This document shows, in pieces, positions 1 through 13,960 of a stretch of 64,000 bases of DNA. Source of the stretch: Mytilus trossulus (taxonomy: Eukaryota); the NCBI RefSeq assembly GCF_036588685.1, contig NC_086376.1:22134001-22198000 (forward strand). Direction: 5' to 3'. Position numbers and translations under genes: made by a program. The stretch's first letter is position 1; each line of letters starts with the position of its first letter. The notes under the pieces were generated by a model, which worked only from the letters and a program-made list of their open reading frames with translations, had not been told where the DNA came from and ran no database searches.

Positions 1-1344
1 AATATAAAGCAATTTATTAAACGGATAAACAAATAGATTCAAGGTCCACAAATAAGTCTTTTTAATATATAATAGAAATTGTCCATCGACAGAAGTTCAT
101 ATTTTCGTCCCTTAACTTGCAATCTGATTAAAAAAAAACTGTGTCCAGGTTTTACATGCTATGAATCCTTGTAAGCGAAGAATTGACAAGTTTTATTATT
201 TGTATTTCAATCAGTTTTATTATCTTGAAACCGACAGATATAGTATTTTCAAAAAAGTATACATTTATATTAATTATTTAGGGACCATTTGAAACCCGCC
301 ACCGCGGGTGCATGATTTTCTCGCTGCGTTGAAGGCGAATTGGTGGCCTTGAGCAGTTTCCTGCTGTTTTGTCGGAAGTTTGTCTCGTTGACACCAGTTG
401 ACACCCTCCATGCATGTTCATTCTCTATTCTTTTCTGTTCCACGAGGACAAATTAAAAGAATACGACAATAGATGATTATTTCGTTCCCTCTGAATTTCC
501 CTTTTTGAAATGGAGATGTTACTTTGTCACCTTCTCCATGTATGTATTTCCAAGGAATCGTACAATTTCTTGATATTTCCTAACTCGTTTGATATGTTCT
601 TGTCTGACGGACGTCTTGGATCGCAGTGAACGTAATGTACGTCACATGTAACTAAAAAAAATGAATGATTCGAACATACCGATTAGTATTGATTGAATGA
701 CAGTGGTTCGTTGGTTTTCTCTTGAATAATTTGTTCTGCCTTTGTCATTTATTTGACAGACGAAAGTAATGTTTGTGTTTTGCTGAGTGTTCACGGCTTT
801 CCGGTGACCTATGTAACTTCAAAGTTTACACATCTTTGACCTTTCGTGGAAAGTCGTCTCATTGGCATTCCATTTATATATTCTCGTTTATATTTTTTCG
901 TTTGGGCTTGTATCATATTTTCCCCCTGGTTTATATGATTCGTTCATCCTATATTGACTTTTAAAGTTCAAGAGTCTATCTAAAAATGAGGGTACAATTT
1001 ATATGGCCTTCCTAATACCGTTTCGATCCCTAACATCACTGAAGAAACATTTATTGTCGAAATCCGGATCTGGTGTACAAAAACAATATTGACACCTTAT
1101 GTTTGTGGCACAACATCTTAGCCACTAGTTAACAATTTTTTTTTCAAGTTAATTGTTTTATGTTTAGTATTAAATTTATATTAAGATCCATTTTGTTACA
1201 TCTTGTGATTAATTTTATTTGACAATCGCCAATGGCAGTCAGCAGGGTTAAATGTTAGTCAAATGCGTTTTGTTTAAATATGCTTTTTCACTTTTTTGGT
1301 CTTTGTCTATATATATACATATATATGTATGGTTTATAATTTAA

Positions 1345-1756
1345 TTTAGTATGACGTCCATTATCACTGTACTAGATAGATATAGGAAGATGTGGTGTGA
1401 GTGCCAATGAGACAACTCTCTATCCAAATAACAATTTAAAAAGTAAACCATTATAGGTTAAAGTACGGCCTTCAACACCAGGCTTGGCTCACACCAAACA
1501 ACAAGCTATGAAGGGCCCCAAAATTACTAATATCAAACCATTCAAACGGGAAAACCAACGGTCTAATCTATATAAACAAAACGAGAAACGAGAAACACGT
1601 ATATATGCATATTTTTTAGGGGCCAGCTGAAGGACACCTACGGGTGCGGGAATTCTCGCTACATTGAAGACCCATTGGTGGCTTTCGGCTGTTGTCTGCT
1701 CTATGGTCGGGTGGTTGTCGCTTTGACACATTCACCATTTCCTTTTTCGATTTTAT
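1345..1756. mobile_element. Composite of two abundant dispersed repeats (one nested in the other)
   Basis: Family A (ggggccagctgaagg...ctatggtcggg...gacacatt) recurs at about 280-430, 5400-5460(-), 35465-35541, 52282-52350(-) and 63210-63690(-). Family B (aagatgtggtgtgagtgccaatgagacaactctc) recurs at about 24982(-), 38940(-), 48690(-), 53100 and 59273. Confidence 0.65.
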
Positions 1757-4589
1757 GGTGTATTAATGGTCCTTTAATGTCATATTGTATTGGACAATCT
1801 ATTTGACTATTTATCGAATTTTATTTCGACTTTTAGTGATCGAGCATGTTTTAAAGGCAAACCTATTCCTTAAAATGAAAAAGTTGACATACCTAGTGCC
1901 ATCTTGGCGACAACATATCGAAACATCAAGATTATTTCACAATTTAAATAATTTCATGAGTACCTTTATTTTCCACTTGAAGTTTTAATTTTTTTTCTAT
2001 TTTAAGTGATTGAATATATAGCGAAGTGAATGTGTGGAGTAATAAGTTGCCGTTAGTTTTACAAACATAATCTATTTGTAAACAAATATACATTTAAGGG
2101 TACTTGATCGAACCGTATGTGACACTGTCATAAGCAGTTCGTGTGAACAGTATGTCCATGTATAGATATTATAGGTTTTTTTTATTATTTTTTTATCAAT
2201 ATATGGTATACTTTTTATGTGAGTAATATGTGATTTCTGCATAAGTGTTCGTGTCACTGTTGACATCTGAGCTTTTATAAAAAGTATAAAAAGCCGAATC
2301 GGTCAATACAACACCGTCATAACGAACTTGCACAGACATAATTCTGTATTATAGTCGTAATCGCATGTTTCGTCAGAGAATTTTTTTTTAATAAAGACTA
2401 TCTATCTATTAGACAAGTACTCTGCTGTTAACAGGGAGACATATTGTATATCTATTACAGTTTGCAAATGGTCGTACAATAAATTAGCACAGAAACATCG
2501 AAATATCTTGGGTATATTATCCTTTACTCCAATCCCCTAGAAAAAAAGGTTTTCTATTTCTACTTTTTTTTCTTATGCTGCCAATTTTTTAGTTTTTCAG
2601 TTATACATCTTTGCTACGAAACGTCTTATCAGCCCATGATGAAAATACTGCTCATTTATTTTCAAGTCAAAATCTTTCTTTGTACAGTTGATATAATATT
2701 TTTTAAAAGATATCCCAAATAGATATTTCATATGATACACACACTGACAAAATAAGCCAAACCGAGAATAAAAAATCTATGACGAGTTGAACCGTGTGTG
2801 CTTTGGAGGTTTTGTGCTTTTTAAACACGTTAGTTTGATGTTGACACTTTGACAATCTATATTGAAACAATACTCCATGATTGATCGGACAGGTATTGAT
2901 TCATATAGGTATATACAAAAGAAAGTTCACCTGATAATACACCAATCGATTACAAGATATTTCTTTCTGGAGTATATGTGCAATTAGAAAAATGCAGCTT
3001 ATAATATTACAAATTTTAGATGTATTGGAATTTTATCATTACCAGGTAAGGTGACATCTTATTTTATTTCATGGACATGTTTGTTATGATTCTTGGTTTT
3101 TGTTGGTCCTGCTCCTCGGGCAAGTGCTGTTTCTGAAAAGTTCTTTTTATTTTATTCAGACTGTGATTTTATAGTTAGAATCAACCTGTTTTGTGTCCTA
3201 TTTCAAAAATTGGTAATTCTATAAATGGCATTGATTGATATTTGAAATTTAACTGAAACTAATAAAATATTCATATTTTGAATTGATTTAATTGAGAAAA
3301 AAATAATGAGGTTGAAAATCGTAATGTTTAGAAAAGAAGGGACGTGTGGGGGAGGACATTTAATGAGAGTCTTGTCTAGGTTTTATATTCAAGTATGTTA
3401 TGACGATTCCTAGATGTTACCAGGCTGTTTTCTTTCAATATTTCTTTTAATTTTATGACGGTATTATCAATTCATCCTTATTTTCCTTACAGTCTAGCTT
3501 TGTTTTGGTTCAAATAGTGCATTCGATTTCTATTTTAACTACTTTCTAAACGGGGAATCTATCTGATATTAAAATTTTAGAAAAATGGTTGTATTAACAC
3601 AAACAGAATGCCTAACCCCTAACATCTATAGCATGATTTCCATTGGCATATATATGCAACTGTATTGACCATTTCACGACAAAGCAAACAATTAATTGAA
3701 ATTTTTTCTTAGTTTGTACATAATTTCCGCCTGATCTGCTTGATTTCAAGTTTTTAATTTTGGCGACGTTTTACGAACTCACAATGTGTCGAAGTTGTAA
3801 ATGTATTCCATAAATGATTTGTAAAAATGGTTAGTTTTTTTTTGTTAGTTATTTAGAGTAACTGTTTTTCGGAAAGAACTAAATAAGGCTATAGTCAATA
3901 AAAAAAAAATGAGAGTCAGTGCTCTTTCGCGTAAACGTGTTTCTCGGTTTTGTTTGTAATGTGTTTATTGGCAAAAACTATATATAAAAATAATCATAGT
4001 AGAAAAGTCCATAGTACATCAATTCTCTCGTTTGTCGTCTTTTTCTTATTTTATATAGAGTATACTAATTTTATATAGAGTTAAACCGTTGTTTTTCCTG
4101 TTTGAATGGTTTTACACTTGTCATGTTGGGGCCCTTTATGGCTTGCTGTTCATAGTGATCCAAGCTTTTGTGATTAGGGATTCAATATCATCATTTGTTA
4201 ATCTTGGTAACTAAACATTTTGGGAACTAGGGTTCAAGCTCTCGGATCCGAAAATGCTTAAAATCATCGTTTTTTGACAATATATACAAAATATGCTCTT
4301 ATGATGAGATTTCTTTTAACAAAAAAGTTTTTTTTTTAAATGAGCCATTTTTATACAATCAAATTATGGCAATTTTGAAGTAAAATAGGGGTCCATGAAC
4401 TCGTTTTCGAATTAAATCAGTTTGAATGATAAAAATCAGTCGAATAATGCATCATTTCCCGATATGTCACAGTTTGACGTCGCGAAAATAACATTTTACG
4501 TTAGCACGAACATTGATCATTGTATTATTTAGTTTAAACATATTTATTTAGAGTGGATTGAGAAACAAGTTTTGCAACTTATATTAAAC

Positions 4590-4762
4590 ACGGGTAAGCC
4601 ATGTATCGTCCCCTTCAGACGGACTATCATCGTTTCCTTAAGACCATACTCGCAAATGGTGTCAAAAAGAGCCGAAAATTGAGTTCCTGGAATTTTCATC
4701 CCAAACGGGAATCGAACCAGAAACCTTTGTGTTAGTAGTCCGATGCACTAACCACTACACCA
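4590..4762 (-). mobile_element. tRNA-derived SINE fragment
   Basis: Minus strand has A box TGGTGTAGTGG and B box GGTTCGATTCCC followed by a non-tRNA body. No complete acceptor stem. Confidence 0.7.
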
Positions 4763-5814
4763 TAATTTGGTGACATATCTATGATGCTAGATAGCTTTTA
4801 AACTCTGAGTTGCTATCAAAAACATGCATCTTCTTGATGAGATAAATAAACTCATCATAGATACCAGGACTAAATTTAGTATATACGCCAGACGCGCGTT
4901 TCGTCTACAAAAGACTTATCAGTGACGCTCGAATCCAAAAAAGTTAAAAAAGGCCAAATAAAGTACGAAGTTGAAGAGCATTGAGGACCAAAATTCTTAA
5001 AAGTTTTGCCAAATACAGCTAATCCATATACTTGCCCTAATTTGTATAACACCTACATGTACACTATAGATCATAGTCTGTGCGGCATGTAGACATATCA
5101 TTTATCGGACACATTATTCTAAGTGTTCTTCATGTCTCCTCTTTAGTGGAGAAGCAAACATACCAATTTTAAATGTAAAAAAAATGTGCATGGTATGATT
5201 GCCAATGAAACAACTGATACAGCAATCAACAACTATAGGTTTAGACCAAATGCCACAGCAATTAACAACTATATATATATATAGGTTTAAAGTCTGGTTT
5301 GACCAAGACGTGGCTCGAATCGTAGCCGAGCACGAGACCAGCAAGCCGAACGTTCGTACAATACACCAATCAATCGTTTTCAGTAAACAGATGAATAATA
5401 CTGAGAATGGAAATGGGGAATGTGCCAAAGCGACAACAACCCAACCATAGAGCAGAAGCCTTATTACTTCAAAGTCGTGTATAAATTATGGATTTCAGCA
5501 GCGACGTTACTGTTCCAGGGGAAATATGTCCTTTCTCTTTTTGGTACGGTTATATCAACTTCAGTGCGTCCATGCGTTAATGTGTTAAGTTCAGCTTTGT
5601 GCAGTACTTATGCAATTGGAATATTTTTTAATGAATTGAGAGTTCATACCGAAGTTCGTTAATTGAAACTTCGGCTCAGTTTTCTCATTTATGATGGTCT
5701 GGTTAGGTTTACAGATCAGAGAATTACACCCCACCCCCCTTTTTTTCCAATAGAAAAAAAATAAAATAGAGAAATAACGACTAAAAAGTACAGAATGGAG
5801 AATAAGGTGAGGCT

Positions 5815-6690
5815 ACAAAATATCTGTATATCATATGATAGCATGGTCCCGACTTAGGATTGACAACAAAATATCTGTATATCATATGATAGCATGGTCT
5901 CGACTTAGGATTGACAACAAAATATCTGTATATCATATGATAGCATGGTCCCGACTTAGGATTGACAACAAAATATCTGTATATCATATGATAGCATGGT
6001 CTCGACTTAGGATTGACAACAAAATATCTGTATATCATATGATAGCATGGTCCCGACTTAGGATTGACAACAAAATATCTGTATATCATATGATAGCATG
6101 GTCCCGACTTAGGATTGACAACATTGATCTACAAAATACCTGTATAGCATATGATAGCATGGTCCCGACTTAGGATTGACAACATTGATCTACAAAATAC
6201 CTGTATAGCATATGATAGCATGGTCCCGACTTAGGATTGACAACATTGATCTACAAAATATCTGTATATCATATGATAGCATGGTCCCGACTTAGGATTG
6301 ACAACATTGATATATGTAGCGTATATCATATGATAGCATGGTCCCGACTTAGGATTGACAACAAAATATCTGTATATCATATGATAGCATGGTCCCGACT
6401 TAGGATTGACAACAAAATATCTGTATATCATATGATAGCATGTTCCCGACTTAGGATTGACAACATTGATATATGATAGCATGGTCCCGACTTAGGATTG
6501 ACAACATTGATATATGATAGCATGGTCCCGACTTAGGATTGACAACATTGATATATGATAGCATGGTCCCGACTTAGGATTGACAACATTGATATATGAT
6601 AGCATGGTCCCGACTTAGGATTGACAACATTGATATATGATAGCATGGTCCCGACTTAGGATTGACAACATTGATATATGTAGCGTATGC
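5815..6690. repeat. Minisatellite, about 17 copies of a 36-bp core in 51/61/41-bp units
   Basis: Core ATATGATAGCATGGTCCCGACTTAGGATTGACAACA. Produces the repetitive ORFs at 5781-6482. Confidence 0.95.
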
Positions 6691-7379
6691 TTCGTTTTCT
6701 TCCCCGGGGAAGAATAAAGGTAAATAGAAAGAAAAGAAAATTACAATATTTATTAGACATTTAGCAAATCAAGTTTATTTATAGCTGAATATTACGATAC
6801 ATTGTTTATAGTGTAATGTGTTGCCGAATGTTTAAGCTGCATAGAGATCTTTTTCGATGGTGACTTTAGAACGTCGTCAAAATAAAATTTCGTCGATAAG
6901 AGTTATGGAATTCAAGGGCCTTCGTATATTTAAATAGGACAGTTTTAACTTCAATAACGATTTAATTAGTTCTGCTTTTTCAAATTAAATAGTAGCTTAA
7001 CGATTTTTGTTTGTAACTGTTTAGTTATACTTCCAATGTAGGTATTTGTACAAGTTGTGATCAATTTTAAATGGCGTGTCCAAAACATTGGGTAAATACT
7101 CTCAATTCCATATAAATCCTACAGAACAAAATTATTCGACCGTATACTATTGTGGGACTACTTTTATATACTATAATATATCTTTTCAGATTTAAAATAC
7201 TTAAGCTTCATTTATTTGTCGAGTTTAATTTTCTCAACAACAAACGTTCCATTATAAAAGTCGGATTAAAAGGAGTGAAACGGGAGACAGTCGGCGGTGG
7301 AATACATAAGTAAATTTCGCAGAAGTCCATGTCTTCTTTTACACAATCTTACTAGTTTATCTATTAATTGTCTTTAATC

Positions 7380-7749
7380 ATCAGTCACCCGTGAAATCAA
7401 TTTATAACGGATGGTATTATTCTTATACAATGGAATACATATATTAAACTGACGTCATCGTTGGCAAAGTTAAAAAGTTTCCATAGCTGAATATCCTGGG
7501 ATAAGAATTGAGTGCTGGAATCCATTAAAAATCATTAGTTTTTTAAGCAGTGACTTTCGTAACAAAAGAGATATTAAAGGATATTATCACATATTTACTA
7601 GAAATATATTTTTTCTGATTTACGTAATTCGGATTGGGATAATAAATTAAAGAAACGACAAGATACTTGCCTATTCGTATATATGTTTTTGAACTTGGAA
7701 TTACATGTTTGATAAACTTAATTCTCTTAACTAAACTACTAAGGTAAGA
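7380..7749 (+). promoter_or_regulatory. Possible promoter and non-coding first exon of the Nav gene
   Basis: Non-repetitive, relatively CpG-retaining region with TCAGT Inr-like motif (7381), full CRE TGACGTCA (7450-7457) and strong donor AAG|gtaaga (7744). The acceptor at 8827 implies an upstream exon. Confidence 0.35.
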
Positions 7750-8949
7750 CAAAGTGTAAAGTTACATATTTTCATTTATATATTAGAATATTTTTCATGG
7801 TGTATTCGGAATAGAATTTTAGTATTTCAAAGTATTAAGATTTCTGATAGTTTACTGACTTGGGTGGATGAATGTTTACGAATGTATATTGACAAACATA
7901 AACAACATAGACAACAAAACAAAACAAACAATCAGATAATTACAGCATGACAGTGCGAGTGGGTACACAAATAAAAACGAAAAACGATCAAATTTGTAAT
8001 TTTCAGAATCTTTGATGATTTTACTGTAATCAGTATTACAATATAGTTTTATAAACTAAAAATTTGACCGGTGCCTTGCTATATCATTTAGGGTAGAAAG
8101 TTTTCCCCTTGTCCCCTCTCCGTGTTTTGCCGTCTGTAATATTGTCCGATGAAATTATTGAAATGCTTAACTCATAGTTACCATTAAATACAAAAAGTAC
8201 TTAAGTCTTGTCTATTTGAATAAGGTAAAAAAACGATTTTATGAAAGGCATTTACATTTTGGTTGATGCGTATAAAAGATATTGACATAAAACATTTGCT
8301 TCAACTGCGGATGTAGGGTGGAGTACTTACAATTCTAGTTACCACGTTTGATTAATGTCCAAAGTTAGAGTCTCTGTTGTAATTCAAACGTGTCATACTA
8401 AATCAGTGGCCAAAGAAATGCATAAGTCCAATACAATTTCTCAAGATACGGAATATAAAATTGGTGTTCGATGCTCGTTCATCAAAGTTTGAGGACTGTT
8501 TAGGACTGGATATGTGTTGTTAGGTTTCTGTGACATGCAAATAAACACAATTATGCAAGAAACCAGACGTTGAAAAAAATAGTTGAGAAAGAATATGGAG
8601 TATTTTTACTTTTACATTTTAAAGTTTTGTTTGTTCAATGTATTTCTTCATCTATAATTGACACAAGACAAAGCTTTGGTGTCGACATGTTGGATTCTTC
8701 TTTTTCTTCTTCCAAATGCTGCCCACAGTCAACAAAATATTCTGACAAGACTTGCGCATGAGGGGCTATAATATCATTATGACAATGCTGAAACTTTCAA
8801 TATTATTTTCTTGTTTGTTTTCTTCAGGCTCCAGGAAATACGAAATGCATCAATGCAGCCTTGTAAGCTTCTTTCTGAAATAAAATGTTTGGGATTCTAA
8901 CAACGTAACACCGTGAAAGTGAAGTCATTAATACTGTGGGTAAATTGAT

Positions 8950-9348
8950 ATGGCTGCCAGTGGAAATGACGGAGTCAAGAAAAAAGACCCCTTTGGTGCT
9001 GCTAGTCTTACAACAGCAGCTTTTGCTTTAGCTGGTAAGACCGAGCCCTTAAAAGAACCAGATGAACGTCCCGAATCACGAATTAAAGAATATACACCTG
9101 AATCATGGAAACAACAAGTGGAACAGGCGGCAGCAGCTCAGAAAAAGTTCGAGAAAACAGGAGGTGTTGCTGAAGCCCATCTTGTAGACGGGGAATTGAA
9201 ATTCGACGATGATGAAGAGGAAGCTAAAAAGGACCGAGATCCGAATTTGGTGGAAGGAAATCTGCTCCCCGTGGAATATTCAGATGTTTTCGATAATAAA
9301 TTACTAGGAAAACCTTTAGAAGAAATCGACAAGTATATGAAAGACAAG
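8950..9348 (+). CDS. Nav coding exon 1: cytoplasmic N-terminus (MAASG...RDPNLVEGNLLP...KPLEEIDKYMKDK)
   Basis: ATG in gatATGG context with an in-frame TAA at 8941. Acceptor ttcttcag at 8826-8827 implies the exon starts at 8828 with 5'UTR. Donor AAG|gtatga. Nav N-terminal DPxLxxGxxLP and PLEEID motifs. Confidence 0.92.
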
Positions 9349-9821
9349 GTATGAATAAAGTAAAGAAATTATTTTATGGATTATTAAAAGTGTAGATTAT
9401 CGTGACAAAGATTTAATCAAGGTTTAATTATATACAGGTAAGTAGTTTGGTCGGAATTAAACACAATTTAAGCTTTTTAGGATTATAGGAACGTATGATT
9501 AATATAATCCAGAGAAAACACACACATAGCAACTTTATACAAATAGTTCTTTAATTTGTTTATTTTTAAAAACAAACCACTATTTGCTTAACATGTTTAT
9601 TTTTAAGACCAAATCCCTTTTTGCATATGTTTATTTTTATGTGACATACACACTTTTAATTATTTGCCATATATTTATATGCAAATTTTTATGCACCCAA
9701 CAGTAATGAAATGATATATCTCATTTTTATTTATAAGTTCTTTCTTCTTTAAATTTTATAAGTGTCAGCTATTTACAGGTTTTGGCTTGAGGGATTATTG
9801 AGGGATAATTCATATTGCTAC

Positions 9822-9979
9822 CAGGCCCTCAGCCAGGAATTTCCAAAGGGGGGTTCGTTGGACTCACAAACTCGACTTTAACAGTCACAATTCAAACAGA
9901 ACATTGACTTTAGCAGTGCTTATTTGTTTTCAAGGGGGGGGGTCGTCCGAACCCCCTACCCCCCCTGGCTATGGGTATG
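9822..9979. mobile_element. Short G/C-run-rich MITE-like element
   Basis: CAGGCCC...GGGTATG ends with an apparent 5-bp GCTAC duplication. A diverged copy lies at about 54697-54855. Confidence 0.55.
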
Positions 9980-12900
9980 GCTACAGCCTACGTTTTGGTG
10001 TGTTAATTGTTCAGTTATCTATAGATTTCATCACAGTTTTGATGATCATTCCAGTATATATCAACAACAAAAATGATCCTTAATGCCAACTTCACTGAGC
10101 ACTGCTTTTCACTATTTATAAAAAAAAAGATTAAAATGAAAAAGAAAAAAATCGTTAATTTTGATAAGAAAATTAAAACCGTCATTATTATTATTATATA
10201 TAACAGTAACAGTAAAATGAAATACATGTGTATATCATGCTACCCTAGGCCTTTACATATTTAAATACACAAAAAAAGAATAAAATATACAGAAGTAAAA
10301 CTGTAAATATGATAAAAGTAAATCCAAGAGAAAACATTTATTATATACATGTATACATATTGTAGATATATTATTGATTGGCTGTTAAAATGCCTTGCTA
10401 TCATTAAATTCCTATTTACAAAAGGAGGGAATCAGGTTCCCATCTTAGATGAAAAGCTCTTCCATCACTGACCAAACTTGTCTTGTAGTGGAATTAAAAT
10501 ATAACCTCTGCATGTTTTGATTATTATACAGAATGATCTCACTATATATTTAAATACAAATCCTTGCTATACACATTCATGCATTTTCACATGTATGTTT
10601 GCAAAACTATTGTTACTCGTATCACTAATTGTCACCCTATTACATGTTATATAATCATAGTTTGTTTTGTTATACAGAGTTTAGTTTCTCCATATAGTAT
10701 GGTATGATATAATATATATATATATATACATGTTAGTAGTATAATTATCCTGCTTATGGGAACCAAGGAAGTACTGCATGCTTAGTAGATTATAACCAAG
10801 ATATGCATTGTTCTGAAGTATAATTTAATGTAAAACTAATGCTTGTGGCATTATAGAAATATTTCCATTTTTAAAGTGTCAAGTTAGCTGAAAAATATGT
10901 AATAATTGAAATTTTTAGTTTTCATGTCTTCATTATATTAAATAAGTTAAAAAAAACCATTTGCCACAAGCAGTTTTACAGAATTTCAAATTGATTTGAA
11001 TTTGTATTTGAAATCTTGCATTCTGAGAGGTGAACTTATTTTTTTTCAAATATAAAATGATGAGAATTTTATATATATATTATTGCATGAGATGTCTTTT
11101 AATCTATTCCTTTCTCTCCCCTGAAATTTTTAGATGTTGAAAAAATCTTTTTAGATAAGATATAAATGTTATCTTTTTTTCTTCATCTCAAATCTTTTTC
11201 TGCATATTCTATAATGCTATTTTTTAAAAATCCTGATGTAAATTTACCAATGTAGAAACAATCCAAGGCTAATGCTTTTTAAAGTAATCCTATGCTAGAT
11301 TTTATTGTCCAACCTTTAAACCATTGCTATGGAAGGACATTGGTCCCATGAGATGTAATATGTTTAATATTTCCATTTTTATGTAGATTACTAAAATTAA
11401 AACAAAACTCTCAACTGTACAGTTAGCCAAGATCCAAGACTAAAGGACATTTTCTGTCTGTGAATATTTTCCCTGACATTTTGAAATTCCCACATATTTT
11501 GAGAGATATTGGGTTGGACCGCCTCTAAGAAAAACTGGTCTAATATACAATCTGCTCTATACATGTTTTAGCAGTTTAAGGGATTATTTTTGACTGTATT
11601 AATTTATCTTAAGAAAAAGAAGACCTGTATGACAAAACTAAAATTTGCCTGACATGTCAGACAGACAAGACAGCCTTCATGACCTCTGACAAACTCATAC
11701 TTTGCCATGGGAACTCATATTATTTCTGTATAAACCAATGTTCATTTTTTAAATTGTTGGTTGAGAACTATTACTTTCATAAGTTATATATCTAAAGGCA
11801 ACTGTTTTGAGTATTGGAGGGCCTGCAGCAGCTAGACCCAATTCAAAATAAGTGACATGAGGTAAACAAACATGACGAAAGACAACTTAAGTGACCATTG
11901 TACCATCTATTATTTCTTTAGACTTGGTACAATTTTAATGGACCTATGAAGCAAATCAGAAGTTTTTATTGAGTACCACATATATGTACAAGGTTACAAA
12001 AGCTATAACTCATAAAAAAATACATATAAATTACTTTTTTTAATGGTTAATGAGTGAAAGTCTGAATTGATTGGAGCATGATTGAGATATAAGTATGGAT
12101 TATTCCATCAGTACCTTAGACTAGAAGCAGATCTATAACAATTTAATGTTTTGTCTAATGATTTTTTCCATGGGCTTTTTTAATAATTTATAATCCATTA
12201 AAATTATGCATACATTTGCTCCACACAACAGTGTCAATGTTCTGGAACTTTGCCATTTGATTAATAAAAGAGTAAAATGCTTTAGAGTCAAGTTTCTGTA
12301 GAAACTTATTAACTATTTATTACTTCTATGAAATATACGTATTTAGACATTACAGACCATACAATAAGCTGCAATGTTGATTTTTTTTACATTTAACACA
12401 AGGATACATATGACTTTTGAAAGTAAAATTTTATTGATTATGACCGATTTTTTTCTAAATTCATTAACTCAACTGAGTGTTATGCTTAGCAATATTGTAG
12501 TTCTAGCTGTGAGGAATTTATATTGTAAAAATAAATAGGTGAATATTCTTAACACATTTTTTTCCACAGAAATAAGATGTGAAAACTGCCTGAGCTGTCA
12601 ATGTTGATGGTACCGGGAGCTTGAGGCTTGTCTTAATGCACAAAAAAATAAATAAAAACAAGACAGCTTCAACTACTGTTTTGATTTTCTAAGAGAAAGA
12701 ATTATTGAACAAACCCTGTAAATATAACCATTTAAGGACATTTCAATAATAATTAGTCATACTCAAATATTTTTTATGTAATTTCTTTACCATGCATGCA
12801 TTATTATAAAAATTTAAACTTTCAGTAGCCTTTCAAAAGTAATTTTTCATTTTCTTTGTAATGTTTAACACAAAAATACGTTTAAATATTCAAAATTTTC

Positions 12901-13613
12901 ATTTTATAATGATGAGACACAAATGGGCCTTGACAATTTGAAAATATCTAATGATCAAGTTACACAAAATACATATAAATAAGACATTTATGCATTTAAA
13001 TTCAACTTTCATTTAAAATAGAATAAACATGATTTAATAGCAATTTTTTATTCAATTAGTTTAATGTGCTTGAAATTTTAAGGCATACAATTTGTTTTGA
13101 GTTAAGGCATTGCGTGACTGAACACATTGGTACAAAAACCTTGGTTCACAATATTTTTCACATCATTCAGAAAAGATCAGTAGATTTTGAAAGTTGCCAG
13201 GCATTTATTAACACCAAATCAAAATTTGATTGAAAAATTACAAGTCAGTAGACTCAATACAGTCTTGGATCTCATATATGCTAAACCTTCCAAAATTGTC
13301 CATGGAACCACAATGTTATACTCCAATGTTCATTCAAAGCTTCTATTCTATATTGTATATCCTATAAAGAATTTAACAGCAGGAAACACATCTGAATATG
13401 TATTTTGTTCTATACATAATATACTGTGTAGGTTTTCCATTGTTTTGGCCAATTTTTGTACCAGAGTCAATTCTGAGACCATCATAACAAATCTTAATGG
13501 AAGTTGATATGCTTATACAGAAATGTTTCTATAAATCCTTCCATTTTATTGATTTAGAATTTCAGAATTAATCTTCAGGTTATAGGATTATCATGGGTTT
13601 GGACATTTCTGAT

Positions 13614-13960
13614 TTGTCATGGCATATCACCAGAAACACGTTTCACATTGCATGGCATCACAAGAAAAATGTTTCACATGTCATGGCATCACCAGAAACA
13701 TGATTCACATTGCAAGACATCACAAGAAACTTGTTTCACATGTCATGACATCCCCAGATACATGTTTCACATTGCGTGGCATCCCCAGATACATGTTTCA
13801 CATTGCGTGGCATTACCAGAAACTTGTTTCACATTGCGTGGCATTACCAGAAACTTGTTTCACATGTCATGGCATCCCCAGATACATGTTTCACATTGCG
13901 TGGCATAACCAGAAACTTGTTTCACATGTCATGGCATCACCAGAAATCTGTTTCACATGG
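13614..13960. repeat. ~32-bp minisatellite, about 11 copies
   Basis: Variants of tgtttcacat(gtcat/tgcgt)ggcatc.ccaga. Explains the ORFs at 13619-14143. Confidence 0.92.

Noticed and set aside
4700-4765. tRNA gene
   Set aside because: A and B boxes are present, but there is no acceptor-stem pairing and the sequence continues into a SINE-like body.
5815-6690. CRISPR-like appearance (36-bp constant core with intervening sequence) and repetitive ORFs on both strands
   Set aside because: The intervening sequences are repeated rather than unique spacers, there are no cas genes, and the context is eukaryotic. The ORFs arise from a 51-bp (3n) unit.
9138-9347. Antisense ORFs overlapping Nav exons (also 18205-18438, 41117-41386, 51884-52102, 54329-54517, 56944-57174)
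   Set aside because: These are shadow ORFs of the sense-strand coding exons.
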